Of a stretch of DNA of 64,000 bases, positions 63,841 through 64,000 are shown piece after piece (positions within the stretch are counted from its first letter, which is position 1; each line of letters begins with the position of its first letter). The stretch lies in assembly GCF_009914755.1 (NCBI RefSeq), contig NC_060925.1; one strand, 5' to 3'. The stretch comes from the human T2T-CHM13v2.0 reference genome, Homo sapiens. The translations under genes and the position numbers were made by a program. The notes under the pieces were generated by a model, which was not told where the DNA came from, searched no databases, and worked only from the letters and a program-made list of their open reading frames with translations.

Positions 63841-63993
63841 GTTCTTCGAGGACCTGGAGCAGCGGCACAAGGCCCAGGTGCTGGTCGAGGACATCAGTGA
63901 CATCCTGGAGGAGCACGCTGAGAAGTACTTCCACCCCTACATCGCCTACTGCTCCAACGAGGTCTACCAACAGCGCACGCTGCAGAAGCTGAT
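63841..63993 (+). CDS. ARHGEF16: ARHGEF16 exon 7 (DH domain); gene continues beyond the window
   Basis: cttcag|G acceptor, AT|gtgagt donor; [50 protein letters not shown]. Confidence 0.97.
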
Positions 63994-64000
63994 GTGAGTG

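Overview
Human genomic DNA, recognised as the 1p36.32 locus. It contains the 3' part of PRDM16 on the + strand: coding exons 9-17 (2187-24614) and a ~4.8 kb 3'UTR ending just after AATAAA at 29401. A repeat-rich intergenic stretch follows (MER1A, old L1s, Alus, MIRs), then the CpG-island promoter and exons 1-7 of ARHGEF16 (Ephexin-4, + strand; the window ends in intron 7). All exon boundaries were read from GT/AG sites and phases are consistent; the PRDM16 exon lengths sum to the known 1276-aa product. I see no convincing wholly new gene or system. The most interesting unexplained structures are RNA/splicing-level: (i) a 39-bp VNTR forming a ~214-nt AG-free zone with repeated branch-point motifs ahead of the alternatively spliced last PRDM16 exon; (ii) a ~93%-identical non-Alu inverted repeat plus a displaced direct copy in PRDM16 intron 14; (iii) a triplicated 5' splice site that doubles as a CAGGTG E-box cluster at ARHGEF16 exon 1; (iv) a miR-133 site with extensive 3' pairing; (v) a local duplication that includes an Alu fragment. 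Repeat subfamily calls, residue numbering and variant identities are from memory and were not checked against databases.
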